Assembly (NCBI GenBank): GCA_963847075.1
Contig: CAWJYL010000002.1
Coordinates: 1,276,725 to 1,340,724, forward strand
DNA from: an uncultured Acidobacteriota bacterium
Lineage (GTDB): Bacteria; Acidobacteriota; Thermoanaerobaculia; UBA5066; Gp7-AA6
DNA: 64,000 bases
Direction: 5' to 3'
In this document: positions 8,926-18,803 of the stretch, piece by piece
Position numbering within the stretch: the stretch's first letter is position 1
How the letters are laid out: each line of letters starts with the position of its first letter
Position numbers and translations under genes: made by a program
Notes under the pieces: generated by a model
What the model was told of the DNA's origin: nothing
Databases searched by the model: none
The model's input: only the letters and a program-made list of their open reading frames with translations

Positions 8926-11278
8926 GTCCGGTCGGCAGCGTGAGCGCCAGGATGGCCAGCAGCGTCGCCAGGCTGATCCACGCCCCATACACGAACCCGT
9001 CCGGCAGGTAGCGCAGGACCGCCTCGTGGCGGCCCGGGGGCACCTCGAACGCGAGGAACGCGTGGTTGAAGCCGAAGAGCGGAGCCCGCCGGCCGTCCAG
9101 TGTCAGTCTCCAGCCCTTCCAGGCCGGAATCGACGTGCCCACGAGCGCCGCGCCCCGCGCGTCGATCGAGAGCGCCATCCGCTCGGAGGCGTACGCAGCG
9201 ACCCTCACGTCCGCCTCGCCGTTGTCCCGCCAACCGAGGCGCCCGGGCCGAACGGCGCCCGCCACGCCGTCGTTGGAGAAATCCCAGATGCGAGCCAGGA
9301 CCATCATTTGGACCGCCGGATTGTCCGTCCACACCAGGTGGCGCGGCACGAACGCCCGGGGTAGCGCTCGGGGGTTCTCGTACAGCCGCGAGCCATTCTG
9401 CTCCGCGCGGACGGTCCAACCGGCCGGAGGCGGAAACCCCGGCGGAGCGACGGCGTACCGCACGTTGAGAAACGCGAGAAACGGCGAGTTCGGGTCGTCC
9501 ACGCGGTTGAAGTAGCTCGCCTGCTGCACGCACCAGAGCCCGAAGGTCTCCGCCAGCGGCTGGAACACGAGAGCGTCGTAACCCCGCACATCTTCGACGC
9601 CGTACATCGCCGCGACGTTCGGCGTGAACGTCCACTTGAGGCCGGTCATCCGCACGGGCTCGCCACGGGGGATCGGATCGAGCAGACGCATCGGTGGATA
9701 GAAGGCGCGAGCCGGGTAGGTCGGATAGACCTCGGCCTCCTCGATCCGCCGCTGGGCGAGTACGAGCACGCAGAGCGCGGCGATCGCACCGGCGCCCAGG
9801 CGCGAGCGGCGCGCGAGCGCGAGGACGAGCGTGAGCCCGAGCAGGAGCGGGAGAACCTGCGCCAGCAGCCGGGCCTGGAGGTACGAGGGCTCCATCCCGA
9901 TCGCGCGCAGCTTCGGGCCGCGCGCAGCGCCGACGAGCAGCGCGGCGAGCGTCGTCGCGACGACACCCGCCGCGAAGGCCGGAACCCCCTTTCCGCGCGC
10001 CAGGCTCTCGGCTCCGAGCACCGCCAGCGCCACCAATCCGAACAACGCGAGGAAGATGAAGTAGTCGTTCACGGAGATGTCGAAGAGCGGAATGGACGCG
10101 ATCAGAGACGCGACTCCGACCAGGCGAGCGTGGACTGCAACGCCGAACAGCACGAACGCCAGGAAGATCCACTTGCGCCGGCACCGGGCGGCCAGCCCGG
10201 CGGCGGCGAGTGCCGTCACGAGCGAGCCCGCGTAGGCGGCCGGCAGGATGAGGCGGCCCACGACCTGGCTTCGGCCGAGGGCGCCGTACGCGTAAGGAAC
10301 CAGGCTCGGCACGAGCCGGCGCAGGCTCTCGATGGGCGCTTCCGTACGCTTCGCCTTCGCCAGGAAGCTCACGCGCAGGGTGTGCTGCCACGATTGGGGA
10401 ACGACTTCGAGAAACGGCAGCAGGACCACCGCCGTCAGCCCGAGCGCGAGGGCCCCGGCGGTGAGCGACAGCAGAACGGGCTTCCACCTCCGGCCGGGCC
10501 GGGCGCGCGAGAGCTCAAAGAGAAAAAAGAGGCCGGCCGCCGCGACCGCAAAGAGCAGCGTCTCGGGATGGCCCGCGACGACCATCGCCACGAGCGCGCA
10601 GACCGTCAGGCCAACCGCGCGCCGGTCCGCGTCGTCGACCAGCCGCAGCAGGCCGAGCAGCAGCAGCGGAAACGGCGCAACGCTCGAGACGATCGGATAC
10701 CCCGCGTAGAAGAAGAGGAAGTCGGAAAATGCCCAGGCGCAGGCGCCGAGCAACGCGGCCGCCTCCCCTGCAGCGGTTCCCCGAAAAAACAGATAGGCGC
10801 AGAGCAGGGCCACGAAGAAGCGCAGCGAGACGTCGAACGTCCAGGCCTGCGGCGGCGCAAGGAGCATCCCGAGCCACACCCCCGGCTGCAGGACGGCTGG
10901 CTGCGCGACCGCGGCCAGGGGCGCCCCCCCGAGCACGTGCCGATTCCAGAGCGGGAAACGGCCGGAGGCAATCGCCTCGCGGACGGCATGGCGCCAGGGC
11001 AGCATCTGGGACGCCACGTCCACGAGCAGGGGGTTGGCAGTCGTCTCGATCCCCGCTTCCGCCCGCAGGGCACGGAGCGGCTCGGCCTGGTAGGCGATGT
11101 CGAGCGGCGCGAAGACCCCGCCCGTCAGCATGGCCTTCCCGGTGAAGAGCAGCGGGGCCGCGGCGAGCACGAGCGCGGCGCGTACGCGGACCGGCAGGAC
11201 CAGGCGGTGGGCGGCGAGCAACAGCCCGCCGACCGTCCCGCCATACACCACGAGGGACCCGAGCACGACCGGCAGCAT
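8864..11278 (-). CDS. YfhO-like polytopic membrane protein, paralog 1 (putative GT-C-fold lipid-linked glycosyltransferase)
   Basis: 804 aa. About 12-14 predicted TM helices in the N-terminal 450 aa, then a ~330-aa soluble domain. Shares motifs with its two neighbours: LPWRHAVREAIASGRFPLWN and ENPRALPRAFVP. Confidence 0.55.
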   Translation of the reverse strand: MLPVVLGSLVVYGGTVGGLLLAAHRLVLPVRVRAALVLAAAPLLFTGKAMLTGGVFAPLDIAYQAEPLRALRAEAGIETTANPLLVDVASQMLPWRHAVREAIASGRFPLWNRHVLGGAPLAAVAQPAVLQPGVWLGMLLAPPQAWTFDVSLRFFVALLCAYLFFRGTAAGEAAALLGACAWAFSDFLFFYAGYPIVSSVAPFPLLLLGLLRLVDDADRRAVGLTVCALVAMVVAGHPETLLFAVAAAGLFFLFELSRARPGRRWKPVLLSLTAGALALGLTAVVLLPFLEVVPQSWQHTLRVSFLAKAKRTEAPIESLRRLVPSLVPYAYGALGRSQVVGRLILPAAYAGSLVTALAAAGLAARCRRKWIFLAFVLFGVAVHARLVGVASLIASIPLFDISVNDYFIFLALFGLVALAVLGAESLARGKGVPAFAAGVVATTLAALLVGAARGPKLRAIGMEPSYLQARLLAQVLPLLLGLTLVLALARRSRLGAGAIAALCVLVLAQRRIEEAEVYPTYPARAFYPPMRLLDPIPRGEPVRMTGLKWTFTPNVAAMYGVEDVRGYDALVFQPLAETFGLWCVQQASYFNRVDDPNSPFLAFLNVRYAVAPPGFPPPAGWTVRAEQNGSRLYENPRALPRAFVPRHLVWTDNPAVQMMVLARIWDFSNDGVAGAVRPGRLGWRDNGEADVRVAAYASERMALSIDARGAALVGTSIPAWKGWRLTLDGRRAPLFGFNHAFLAFEVPPGRHEAVLRYLPDGFVYGAWISLATLLAILALTLPTGLRKGRASRPSAPAVPGPPSS

Positions 11279-11290
11279 GGCTGCCGATTA

Positions 11291-13639
11291 TCACGTCCTC
11301 CGGGAAACCACGAGCCACGCGGCCGCGAGGAGCAGGGTCATCGCACTGGCCACGGCGCCATACCGGAACCCGTCGGGCTCGTAGGCGATCGAGAGCCGGT
11401 GCCGACCGGCCGGCACGCGAAAGGACAGGAAAGCGAGGTTGTAGGGCACCGGTGCGGCACGGCGCCCGTCGACCCGGGCCTTCCATCCCGGCCATCCGAC
11501 CATGGACGTTGCGACGAGCGTGTCCCGGGCGGCATCCACACCGAGCTCCATGGCCTGGGGCGCATACGACGCGATCGTCACGCGCGCATCCCCGTTGGCG
11601 ACCCACGTCCCCGGGGATTCCCCCGTCTCCACCAGGCCCCGCTCGGCAAAATCGTCGATCGACTTGAGCAGCTCAATGCCGCGCGCCAGGTCCGGCTCCG
11701 CCCGGACCAGTCGCGGCACGAAGGCCCGTGGCAGCGCGCGCGGGTTCTCGAGCACGCGCACCCCGCTGCCCTCGGCGAGCACCGGCCAGCCATCGGGAAC
11801 CCCGGCGCCCGCCGGCGCGATCACCCACCGGACGTTCAGGAACGACAGGAACGGCCGCGTGGGGTCGTCGACCCGGTTGAACCAGATGCCCTGGGACTCG
11901 CACCAAAGCGGCCACGTCAGGAGGTATCGGCGCAACGTCATCGACGAATAGCCCCGAACGTCCTCGAGCCCGTAGAGCGCCGCCACATTCGGGATGAACG
12001 CGTAGTCGAGCCCGACGACCCGGTACGGCTGACCGCGGGGCACGGCGTCGAGAACAGGCAGGGGCGGAAAGAACGCGCTGGCGGGCGCGGTCGGATAAAC
12101 ACCTCCTGCTTCCGCGATCCGGGACGCGGCGAGCACGACGACGAGAAGCGGGGCTCCTGCGATGGCCCGGTGCCGCCGGGACAGAGCACCCATGGCCACG
12201 AGGGCGACCGCGACGGGCGCGATCTGCCCCGCGAGGCTCGGACGCCAATCGGCCGACGCGAGCCCCCGCCCTTCGTTTTCCGACCGTTCACGCACGGAGA
12301 CTGCCGCCAAGAGGGCGATCGTAAGCAACGCTCCAACGATGAACGCGGGACGACCCTCGCCGTCCCTCAGCCGTTCCGCGCCGATGGCGGCGAGCATCGC
12401 GACGCCAAAGACTGCGAGAAATACGAAATAGTCGAGCACGGCGATGTCGAGAAGGGGCACGGCTCCGGCCAGATCGGCGACCCCGCGCAGCCGCACCCAG
12501 AGGGCGATGCCCGCGGCGGCGACCAGCAGGAGACCCCAGCGCTGGCGACGCCGCGAGAACAACCCGACCAGAGCGAGTGGCAGCAGAATCGAGCCGGCGT
12601 AACACGCCGGAGTCTCGGCCCACCGATCGCGCCCGCCTGGACCAAGACGGGCGGCGGGCACGAGGTTGGGCCAGAGACGCCTCAGGCTCTCCGACGGCGT
12701 AACGGATTTCTGGAGGTGCGAGTACCACGAAACGCGCATCACATGCTCGGCGGTGCCGGGCAGAACCTCGGCCATCGTCCACAGCTGCGTCGCCGTCAGC
12801 CCGAGTGCGATCGCTCCGGCAATCAGGGAAAGACGAATCGGACGCGACCTCCGTCCTCGCTCCGCCCCGGCGAGGAGGAACAGGAAGTAGAGGCCCGCGC
12901 CGACGACCGCGAAGAGCAGCGTCTCGGGGTGCCCCGCTGTCACGATCAGGACGAGCGCGGCGACGGTCAAGCCCGCCGCCGGGGAATTGGCGTCGCGGAC
13001 GAGCCGTGAAAGGCCGAGGGCCAGAAGCGGAAACGGCGCCACGCTCGCGCCGACCGAATAGCCGAGCCAGAAGACGAGAAAGTCCGAAAACGCCCAACCG
13101 ACGGCGCCCACGAGCGCCGCTGCATCGCCGCAGCCGAGATCGCGGCAGAAGAGGTACGCCGCGACCAGGGCGAGCAGCAGGCGCAGCGACATCTGAAACG
13201 TCCACGCCTGCGCCAGCGGCAGGAGAAACCCGATCCATGTGCCGGGATGCAACGGCGCGGCCTGCTGCACGGCGAGCAGCGGCTCCCCCGCCATCACCGC
13301 GGGGTTCCAAAGCGGGAGTCGCCCCTGCCGGACCGCGGCGCGGAGGGCTTGCTGCCACGGGATCATCGAGTACACGACGTCGGACAGAAGCGGCGTTCGC
13401 GGTAGCCCGAGCTGTGCCGCCTGGGGAAGCGACGAGAACGGTTCGGACCGGTACACGATGTCGATCGGCGCGTAGACGCCGCCCGTGAGCAAGGCCTTCC
13501 CCGTGAAGAGCAGGGGTGCCAGGGCGAGCAGGACGGCCACCCGGCGGCGTATCGGAAGGACGAAGCGATTGGCCAGCCATAGGAGGAGGGCCGCGGTCGC
13601 TCCGTAGACGACGCACGAGCGAACGACGAGAAGGAGCAT
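11291..13639 (-). CDS. YfhO-like polytopic membrane protein, paralog 2
   Basis: 782 aa with the same architecture (IPWQQALRAAVRQGRLPLWN, ENPRALPRAFVP). 12 nt from paralog 1. Confidence 0.55.
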   Translation of the reverse strand: MLLLVVRSCVVYGATAALLLWLANRFVLPIRRRVAVLLALAPLLFTGKALLTGGVYAPIDIVYRSEPFSSLPQAAQLGLPRTPLLSDVVYSMIPWQQALRAAVRQGRLPLWNPAVMAGEPLLAVQQAAPLHPGTWIGFLLPLAQAWTFQMSLRLLLALVAAYLFCRDLGCGDAAALVGAVGWAFSDFLVFWLGYSVGASVAPFPLLALGLSRLVRDANSPAAGLTVAALVLIVTAGHPETLLFAVVGAGLYFLFLLAGAERGRRSRPIRLSLIAGAIALGLTATQLWTMAEVLPGTAEHVMRVSWYSHLQKSVTPSESLRRLWPNLVPAARLGPGGRDRWAETPACYAGSILLPLALVGLFSRRRQRWGLLLVAAAGIALWVRLRGVADLAGAVPLLDIAVLDYFVFLAVFGVAMLAAIGAERLRDGEGRPAFIVGALLTIALLAAVSVRERSENEGRGLASADWRPSLAGQIAPVAVALVAMGALSRRHRAIAGAPLLVVVLAASRIAEAGGVYPTAPASAFFPPLPVLDAVPRGQPYRVVGLDYAFIPNVAALYGLEDVRGYSSMTLRRYLLTWPLWCESQGIWFNRVDDPTRPFLSFLNVRWVIAPAGAGVPDGWPVLAEGSGVRVLENPRALPRAFVPRLVRAEPDLARGIELLKSIDDFAERGLVETGESPGTWVANGDARVTIASYAPQAMELGVDAARDTLVATSMVGWPGWKARVDGRRAAPVPYNLAFLSFRVPAGRHRLSIAYEPDGFRYGAVASAMTLLLAAAWLVVSRRT

Positions 13640-13648
13640 TCCCTGTTT

Positions 13649-16009
13649 CTACGGGACTCGCGGCCGCCGCATCCGGGCGATCGCGATGCAGCCCGCGGCG
13701 CCGGCGAGAAAAGCGAGGAGGCCGAGTGTCGACGAGCGCGGCCGATACGCGAGCCGGACGCGGTGCTCGCCCGGCGGGAGCCAGAGGCCGACGAACGCGT
13801 GGTTGACGGTCTCGAGCGCCAGCTCGCCCCCCTCGATCCGGGCGACCCAGCCCGGCCAATCCGGAATCGAGGTCGCCACGAACGCGCGGCGCGCCACCGA
13901 AGCGTCGACGAGGATGTCCGGCCCCGCTTCCCGCACCGAGAGCGCGGCTTCGCCGTTGGACTCCTCGCGGGGTCCTTCGCCCGAAAGCCAGGCGACCTCG
14001 GAGAAGTCGTCGGCGCGGCCCATCGCCCGAAGGCGCTCGCCCGGATCGGCCTCGCGAAGCAAACGGCGCGGAAGAAACGCCCTCGGCAGCGCGCGCGGGT
14101 TCGTAAAGATCGTCATCTCGGGGCCACGCGCCTGCTCGACCCATCCCGCGGGCACCGGATCGCCGGGCGAGCCGATCGCGTAGCGGACGTTCAAGAAGGA
14201 GAGGAACGGGCGCGTCAGGTCCGTCACGCGGTTGAAGGACGCCGGCTGGGACCGCGACCAGAGCGGATACGTGTCGGCGAATCGATCGAGGACGAGCGAT
14301 TCGTATCCGCGCACGTCCTCGAGCCGGTAGAGCGTGGCCTGGTTCGGGCGCAGAACATCCCCCGCCGCCACCACGCGGGAGGGATCGCTGCCGCGCCGGA
14401 GCGCCCCGAGTGTCGGCAGGGACGGCGCGAAGGTCGAGACGGGAAGCGTCGGGTAGGTGCCCTCCATCTCCAGGAAGCGCTGCCCGACGAGCAGAACCAG
14501 GACTCCCACGGCCATGCGCGAGCCCTTCATCCGTCCGGCGAAGCAGACGAGGGCGAGGGTGAGGACCGGCGCCGTTTCGGCGGCGAAGCTGTTCCTCACG
14601 AACGACGGCGGGAGGTCTCGCTCGGAAAAGACCGGCAGCGCGAAAAAGCAAGCCGCACAAAGGGCGGCGACGCACGCCGCGCTCGCGCGCCCAAGCTTCT
14701 TCACGGCCCCGGGCCCTTCGAGCTCCTGCGCGCCGAGCGCCGCGAGGCCCGCCAGCCCGAGGCCCGCGAGAAACACCAGCCGGTAGTTGAGCGCCAGCGC
14801 AAATCCCGGAAGCCGTCCGGTCAGATCCATGACGCCCGGGAAGCTCGCGCCGTAAGCCAGGCCGGCCAGAACGAACGCGAAGAAGAGCGATCTGCCGCGC
14901 GGTGCCGTGCGACGCGCGAACGCCAGGAGCGCAAGAGGAAACAGGATCGCGCCCGCGTAGCCAAGCGGCATTCCGGAACCGTCCCTCCCGTTGCCCGCGA
15001 CGGAGCTGCGCCCGAAGATGCCGTGGGCGAACGGGAGCAGGTCCGGCAGCAGACGCCCGGCGGCATCGGCCAGAGGCACGCTCTGGCTGGTCGGGCCCGC
15101 GGCCAGAGCCCCGCGGCGCGCGCGGTACTCGGCGGAGCGCGGAATCGCTTCGAGCAACGGGAAGAGCTGCGGCCCGGCGAGCAGCATCGCGAGCCCTCCG
15201 GAACAGAGTGCCAGCCCGATCGCCCGAGGCACGATACGCCGCGGCGCAGCCGCCAGCTCCCAGGCGAAATAGACCCCGCCCGCCGCGACCACATGGAGAA
15301 ACGACTCCGGGTGCCCGCCGCAGAACGAGAGCCACAGCGCGGCAGCCGTCAGCGCGATGGCGTCGCGGCCAGGCGCACGGGCGAGGCGCCGCAGCCCCAG
15401 AAGAAGCAGGGGCAGCGTCGCCGTTGAGGGTCCCACGCTCCATCCATCCCAGAAGACGACGTAGGTCGAGAAGCCCCAGCCGACGGCGCCCACGAGCGCC
15501 GCGCGCTCCGAGAGCTCGAAGTCGCGGAAAAAGAGGAAGGCCGTCAGAAGCGCGAGAAAGAGCGTGAACGTGCAGGAGAAGGTCCAGGAGAGCGGCACGG
15601 GCAGCCAGAGGCCGAGCCACGTCGAAGGGTGCAGGATCCCGGCCTGCGCCGTCCCGAGGAGCGGGTTCCCCGCGAGCACGAAGCGGTTCCAGAGAGGCAG
15701 CCTGCCGCTGGCTGCCGCCTCGCGAACGGCCGCGCGCCACGGCAGATTCGCGAAGGCAAGATCCGAGAGGATCGGGTTTCGCACGGCCCCGACGCCGGCC
15801 TCGGCGGCCACGCTCTTCCAGGGGTCCGCTGCGAAGGGAAGGTCCGACGGGCCGTAGAGTCGTCCGAGCAGGACCGCCTTTCCCGTCAGGACGAGCGGCA
15901 GGAACGCCAGGAGAATCCCCGTACGCGCCGAAAGCGACGCGGTGACGCGCCCCGCGAGCCAGAGAGCCAGCGATGCCGACGCCGCGTACGTCAGCCACAA
16001 CCCGAGCAA
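13649..16009 (-). CDS. YfhO-like polytopic membrane protein, paralog 3
   Basis: 786 aa with the same architecture (LPWRAAVREAAASGRLPLWN, TNPRALPRAFLP). 9 nt from paralog 2. Confidence 0.55.
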   Translation of the reverse strand: MLGLWLTYAASASLALWLAGRVTASLSARTGILLAFLPLVLTGKAVLLGRLYGPSDLPFAADPWKSVAAEAGVGAVRNPILSDLAFANLPWRAAVREAAASGRLPLWNRFVLAGNPLLGTAQAGILHPSTWLGLWLPVPLSWTFSCTFTLFLALLTAFLFFRDFELSERAALVGAVGWGFSTYVVFWDGWSVGPSTATLPLLLLGLRRLARAPGRDAIALTAAALWLSFCGGHPESFLHVVAAGGVYFAWELAAAPRRIVPRAIGLALCSGGLAMLLAGPQLFPLLEAIPRSAEYRARRGALAAGPTSQSVPLADAAGRLLPDLLPFAHGIFGRSSVAGNGRDGSGMPLGYAGAILFPLALLAFARRTAPRGRSLFFAFVLAGLAYGASFPGVMDLTGRLPGFALALNYRLVFLAGLGLAGLAALGAQELEGPGAVKKLGRASAACVAALCAACFFALPVFSERDLPPSFVRNSFAAETAPVLTLALVCFAGRMKGSRMAVGVLVLLVGQRFLEMEGTYPTLPVSTFAPSLPTLGALRRGSDPSRVVAAGDVLRPNQATLYRLEDVRGYESLVLDRFADTYPLWSRSQPASFNRVTDLTRPFLSFLNVRYAIGSPGDPVPAGWVEQARGPEMTIFTNPRALPRAFLPRRLLREADPGERLRAMGRADDFSEVAWLSGEGPREESNGEAALSVREAGPDILVDASVARRAFVATSIPDWPGWVARIEGGELALETVNHAFVGLWLPPGEHRVRLAYRPRSSTLGLLAFLAGAAGCIAIARMRRPRVP

Positions 16010-16172
16010 TTCGATTCTCAGGAGCGCATCCCCCGGCCGATTCTAGCCGGGCTGCTGTCTCGATGGGCGGAAACGCCCTGTCATCCTGGGCGCCGGCGAC
16101 GAAGGACGCCGCACTCGACCGCCACTGCCGGTATCGAGCCCGGCGCCCTCCGCGACGCTCAGGACGACAACG

Positions 16173-17537
16173 TCAGAACGGCCACCACCCCGTCGGCAGG
16201 TTCTTGGCGAGGTCGTTGTACAGCACGACCGCCAGCAACGCCAGGATCATCACGAAGCCGACCTGCAGGATGCGTTCCTTGACGCGCAGCGAGAAATCCC
16301 TGCGCGCGGCGCTCTCGACGGCGAGCAGAAACAGGTGCCCTCCGTCGAGCACCGGGATCGGAAGCAGGTTGAAGATGCCGAGCTGCAGGGAGATCGCGGC
16401 CATCAGGGCGACCAGAGGCACCGCGCCCGTGCGGGCCGCCTCGCCCGAGAACTTGGCGATGTCGAGCGGGCCGGACATCGATTTCATGCTGGCGCGGCCC
16501 CGGAAGAGGCGGCCGAGAATGGAGATTGTCATGCGGAAATCGGTCTCGACCCGACGCCAGCCCTCGACGACGGCCTGCCGGAGCGGGAAGCGCTCGAGCA
16601 CCTCCGGGAGGTCGCCCCCGACCTGGACGCCTACCTTCCACGAGCCGTCCGGATCGCGCCGCGGCGTCACCATCGCGGTTGCGGTCCTCCCGTCTCGCAG
16701 ATATTCGATCGGGAAGGGGCCCGGCGCGGCGCCGGTGACGGCGGAGACGAAGTTCGTGAAGACCTGATCCGGCGCTCCCGTGATCGGCTTACCCGCCACC
16801 TTCAGGACCACGTCGCCCGACTTCAACCCCGCCTTCTCGGCCGGCGAGCCGGCGACCACCGCTCCGATGCGGGCGCGGACGTCCGTCCCAAAGTCGGGCA
16901 GAAGGCCCACGTACCCGAGGTCGTATTTCGTGTTGGGTCGAGGGACGACCTGCAGAAACACCCCGTTGCCCGCGCGATCGACCTCGACGTCGAGCTTCTC
17001 GCGGGCGTTCATGCCGAAGAGGAAGAGCACGTCGCGCCAGCGCGGTGTCTGCGTGCCGCCGATGGAGATGACCCGGTCGCCGGGCTGGAAGCCCGCCGCA
17101 GCGCCCGGCGAGCCAGCCTCCACCACGCGAATGACCGGCCGCTCGAGCTCGTAGGCGGGGACCTTCACGCCGATTGCGAAGACGGCCGAATGGAGAACGA
17201 TCGCGAGAACGAGATTCGTCGCTGGCCCGGCGAGGAGGATGAGCGCCCGCTGCCAGCGCTTTCCGACGGGCGGCGCCTCTTGCGACGTACCCTCCGTGAC
17301 CGTCGACTCGTCCGGCCCGAGCCCGATCACGCGCACGTACCCGCCAAGCGGGATCGCGGACACGCGATAGTCGGTGCCTCGCACCTTGCGCCCGAAGAGA
17401 CGTTTTCCGAAGCCGACCGAGAAGACCTCGACCGGAAAGCCGAACCATTTCGCCACGGCGAAGTGGCCGAACTCGTGGGCCACGACGAGCACGGAGAGGA
17501 CGACGATGAGAGCGAGCGTGTTTCCGAGGATCGTCAA
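16173..17537 (-). CDS. rseP: RIP zinc metalloprotease RseP (site-2 protease with PDZ domains)
   Basis: HEFGH zinc motif at the N-terminus. PDZ segments (GSPGAAAGFQPGDRV, GSPAEKAGLKSGDVV). C-terminal LDGGH motif. Confidence 0.9.
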   Translation of the reverse strand: MTILGNTLALIVVLSVLVVAHEFGHFAVAKWFGFPVEVFSVGFGKRLFGRKVRGTDYRVSAIPLGGYVRVIGLGPDESTVTEGTSQEAPPVGKRWQRALILLAGPATNLVLAIVLHSAVFAIGVKVPAYELERPVIRVVEAGSPGAAAGFQPGDRVISIGGTQTPRWRDVLFLFGMNAREKLDVEVDRAGNGVFLQVVPRPNTKYDLGYVGLLPDFGTDVRARIGAVVAGSPAEKAGLKSGDVVLKVAGKPITGAPDQVFTNFVSAVTGAAPGPFPIEYLRDGRTATAMVTPRRDPDGSWKVGVQVGGDLPEVLERFPLRQAVVEGWRRVETDFRMTISILGRLFRGRASMKSMSGPLDIAKFSGEAARTGAVPLVALMAAISLQLGIFNLLPIPVLDGGHLFLLAVESAARRDFSLRVKERILQVGFVMILALLAVVLYNDLAKNLPTGWWPF

Positions 17538-17558
17538 AAAAGGCTCCTTCGCGGGCAG

Positions 17559-18740
17559 TTACCGGGCAGCGACGGCTGCGGCACGGCGCCGGACCAGTCC
17601 GTCGGCCGCTACGCGTGCGGCCTGATCGAGGCCCTGGGCTTCCTCCAGGCTCGCGGGGGCGGTCTTTGGACCAGCGGCATCCAGAGTTCCGGAAACCACG
17701 CTAACGATGTCGGGAAAGGAAATCTTCCCTTCCAGGAACGCCGCCACCGCAACCTCGTTGGCCGCATTCAGGACGGCGGGCATGCCTCCACCGGAGGCCA
17801 GGGCCGCCCGGGCGAGCCCGAGCGCCGGGTAACGCCTCGGATCGAGCTCGAAAAAATCGAGGCGCGAGAGGGCGACGAGATCGAGCCGGCCAAAGTCGTT
17901 CGGCAGGCGCTCGGGGAAGCTGAGCGCATACACGATCGGGAATTTCATGTCGTTCTTCGCCAGCTGCGCGAGCAACGAGCCGTCCACGAACTCGACGAAG
18001 GAGTGGATGAGCGACTGCGGATGAATGACGACGTCGACGCGCTCTCCCGGGACGCCGAACAGGAAGTGCGCCTCGATGACCTCGAGTCCCTTGTTCATCA
18101 TCGTCGCCGAATCAATCGTGATCTTCGGTCCCATCTTCCAGGTCGGATGGGCCAGCGCGTCCTCGACGGTGATCGCGTCGAACGTGTCGAGGCGCCGCTC
18201 GCGAAACGGGCCCCCCGAGGCCGTGAGAACGAGGCGGCGCACTTCGCCGGGCTGCCCCCCGCGCAGGGCCTGGTGAATGGCGCTGTGCTCGGAGTCGACG
18301 GGCACGATCTCCGCGCCGCTCTTCCTCGCCTCGGCCAGGATCAGCTCCCCCGCGACGACGAGCGTCTCCTTGTTGGCCAGCGCCAGCCGCTTGCCGGCCC
18401 GGATGGCCGCGTGCGCCGAGCGCAGACCGTGAGCCCCGACGAGACCCCCGACCACCGTGTCCGCCTCGGGATGACAGGCGGCTTCGTCGAGCCCTTCCAT
18501 CCCGGAGACGATCCGGCACGCCATGCCGGACGGCAGCAACCGCTCGAGCCGCGACACATCCTCCGACCTCTCGATCGCGATGAGCTTCGGCCGGAAGCGG
18601 GCGGCCTGCTCCGCGAGTTTCTCGATCGACCGGCCCGCCGCGAGCGCGACGACCCGGAAGCGATCGGGCAAGCCGGCCACGACGTCGAGCGACGAGCGCC
18701 CGATTGAGCCCGTCGAGCCAAGGATCGAGAGAGATCTCAT
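17559..18740 (-). CDS. dxr: 1-deoxy-D-xylulose 5-phosphate reductoisomerase
   Basis: MRSLSILGSTGSIGRSSLDVV..., LANKETLV, GPKITIDSATMMNKGLEVIEAHFLFG. Confidence 0.95.
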   Translation of the reverse strand: MRSLSILGSTGSIGRSSLDVVAGLPDRFRVVALAAGRSIEKLAEQAARFRPKLIAIERSEDVSRLERLLPSGMACRIVSGMEGLDEAACHPEADTVVGGLVGAHGLRSAHAAIRAGKRLALANKETLVVAGELILAEARKSGAEIVPVDSEHSAIHQALRGGQPGEVRRLVLTASGGPFRERRLDTFDAITVEDALAHPTWKMGPKITIDSATMMNKGLEVIEAHFLFGVPGERVDVVIHPQSLIHSFVEFVDGSLLAQLAKNDMKFPIVYALSFPERLPNDFGRLDLVALSRLDFFELDPRRYPALGLARAALASGGGMPAVLNAANEVAVAAFLEGKISFPDIVSVVSGTLDAAGPKTAPASLEEAQGLDQAARVAADGLVRRRAAAVAAR

Positions 18741-18803
18741 GTGCGACTGCTCATTATATTGGGGGGATGCGGTATGCGGGATACGGGATGCGGGATCGTG
18801 AGG

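Noticed and set aside
12288-15998. 1236-aa minus-strand ORF, and similarly 10130..13009 (959 aa), 16335..18707 (790 aa), 21432..24218 (928 aa), 59863..62772 (969 aa), 2590..3708 and 33279..34934.
   Set aside because: They are R/G/P/A-rich low-complexity translations lying antisense or out of frame to well-supported genes (YfhO paralogs, rseP/dxr, copA, amidase/aminotransferase, APH kinase, glycosyltransferase). This is the classic stop-codon depletion of ~70% GC DNA, not real genes.
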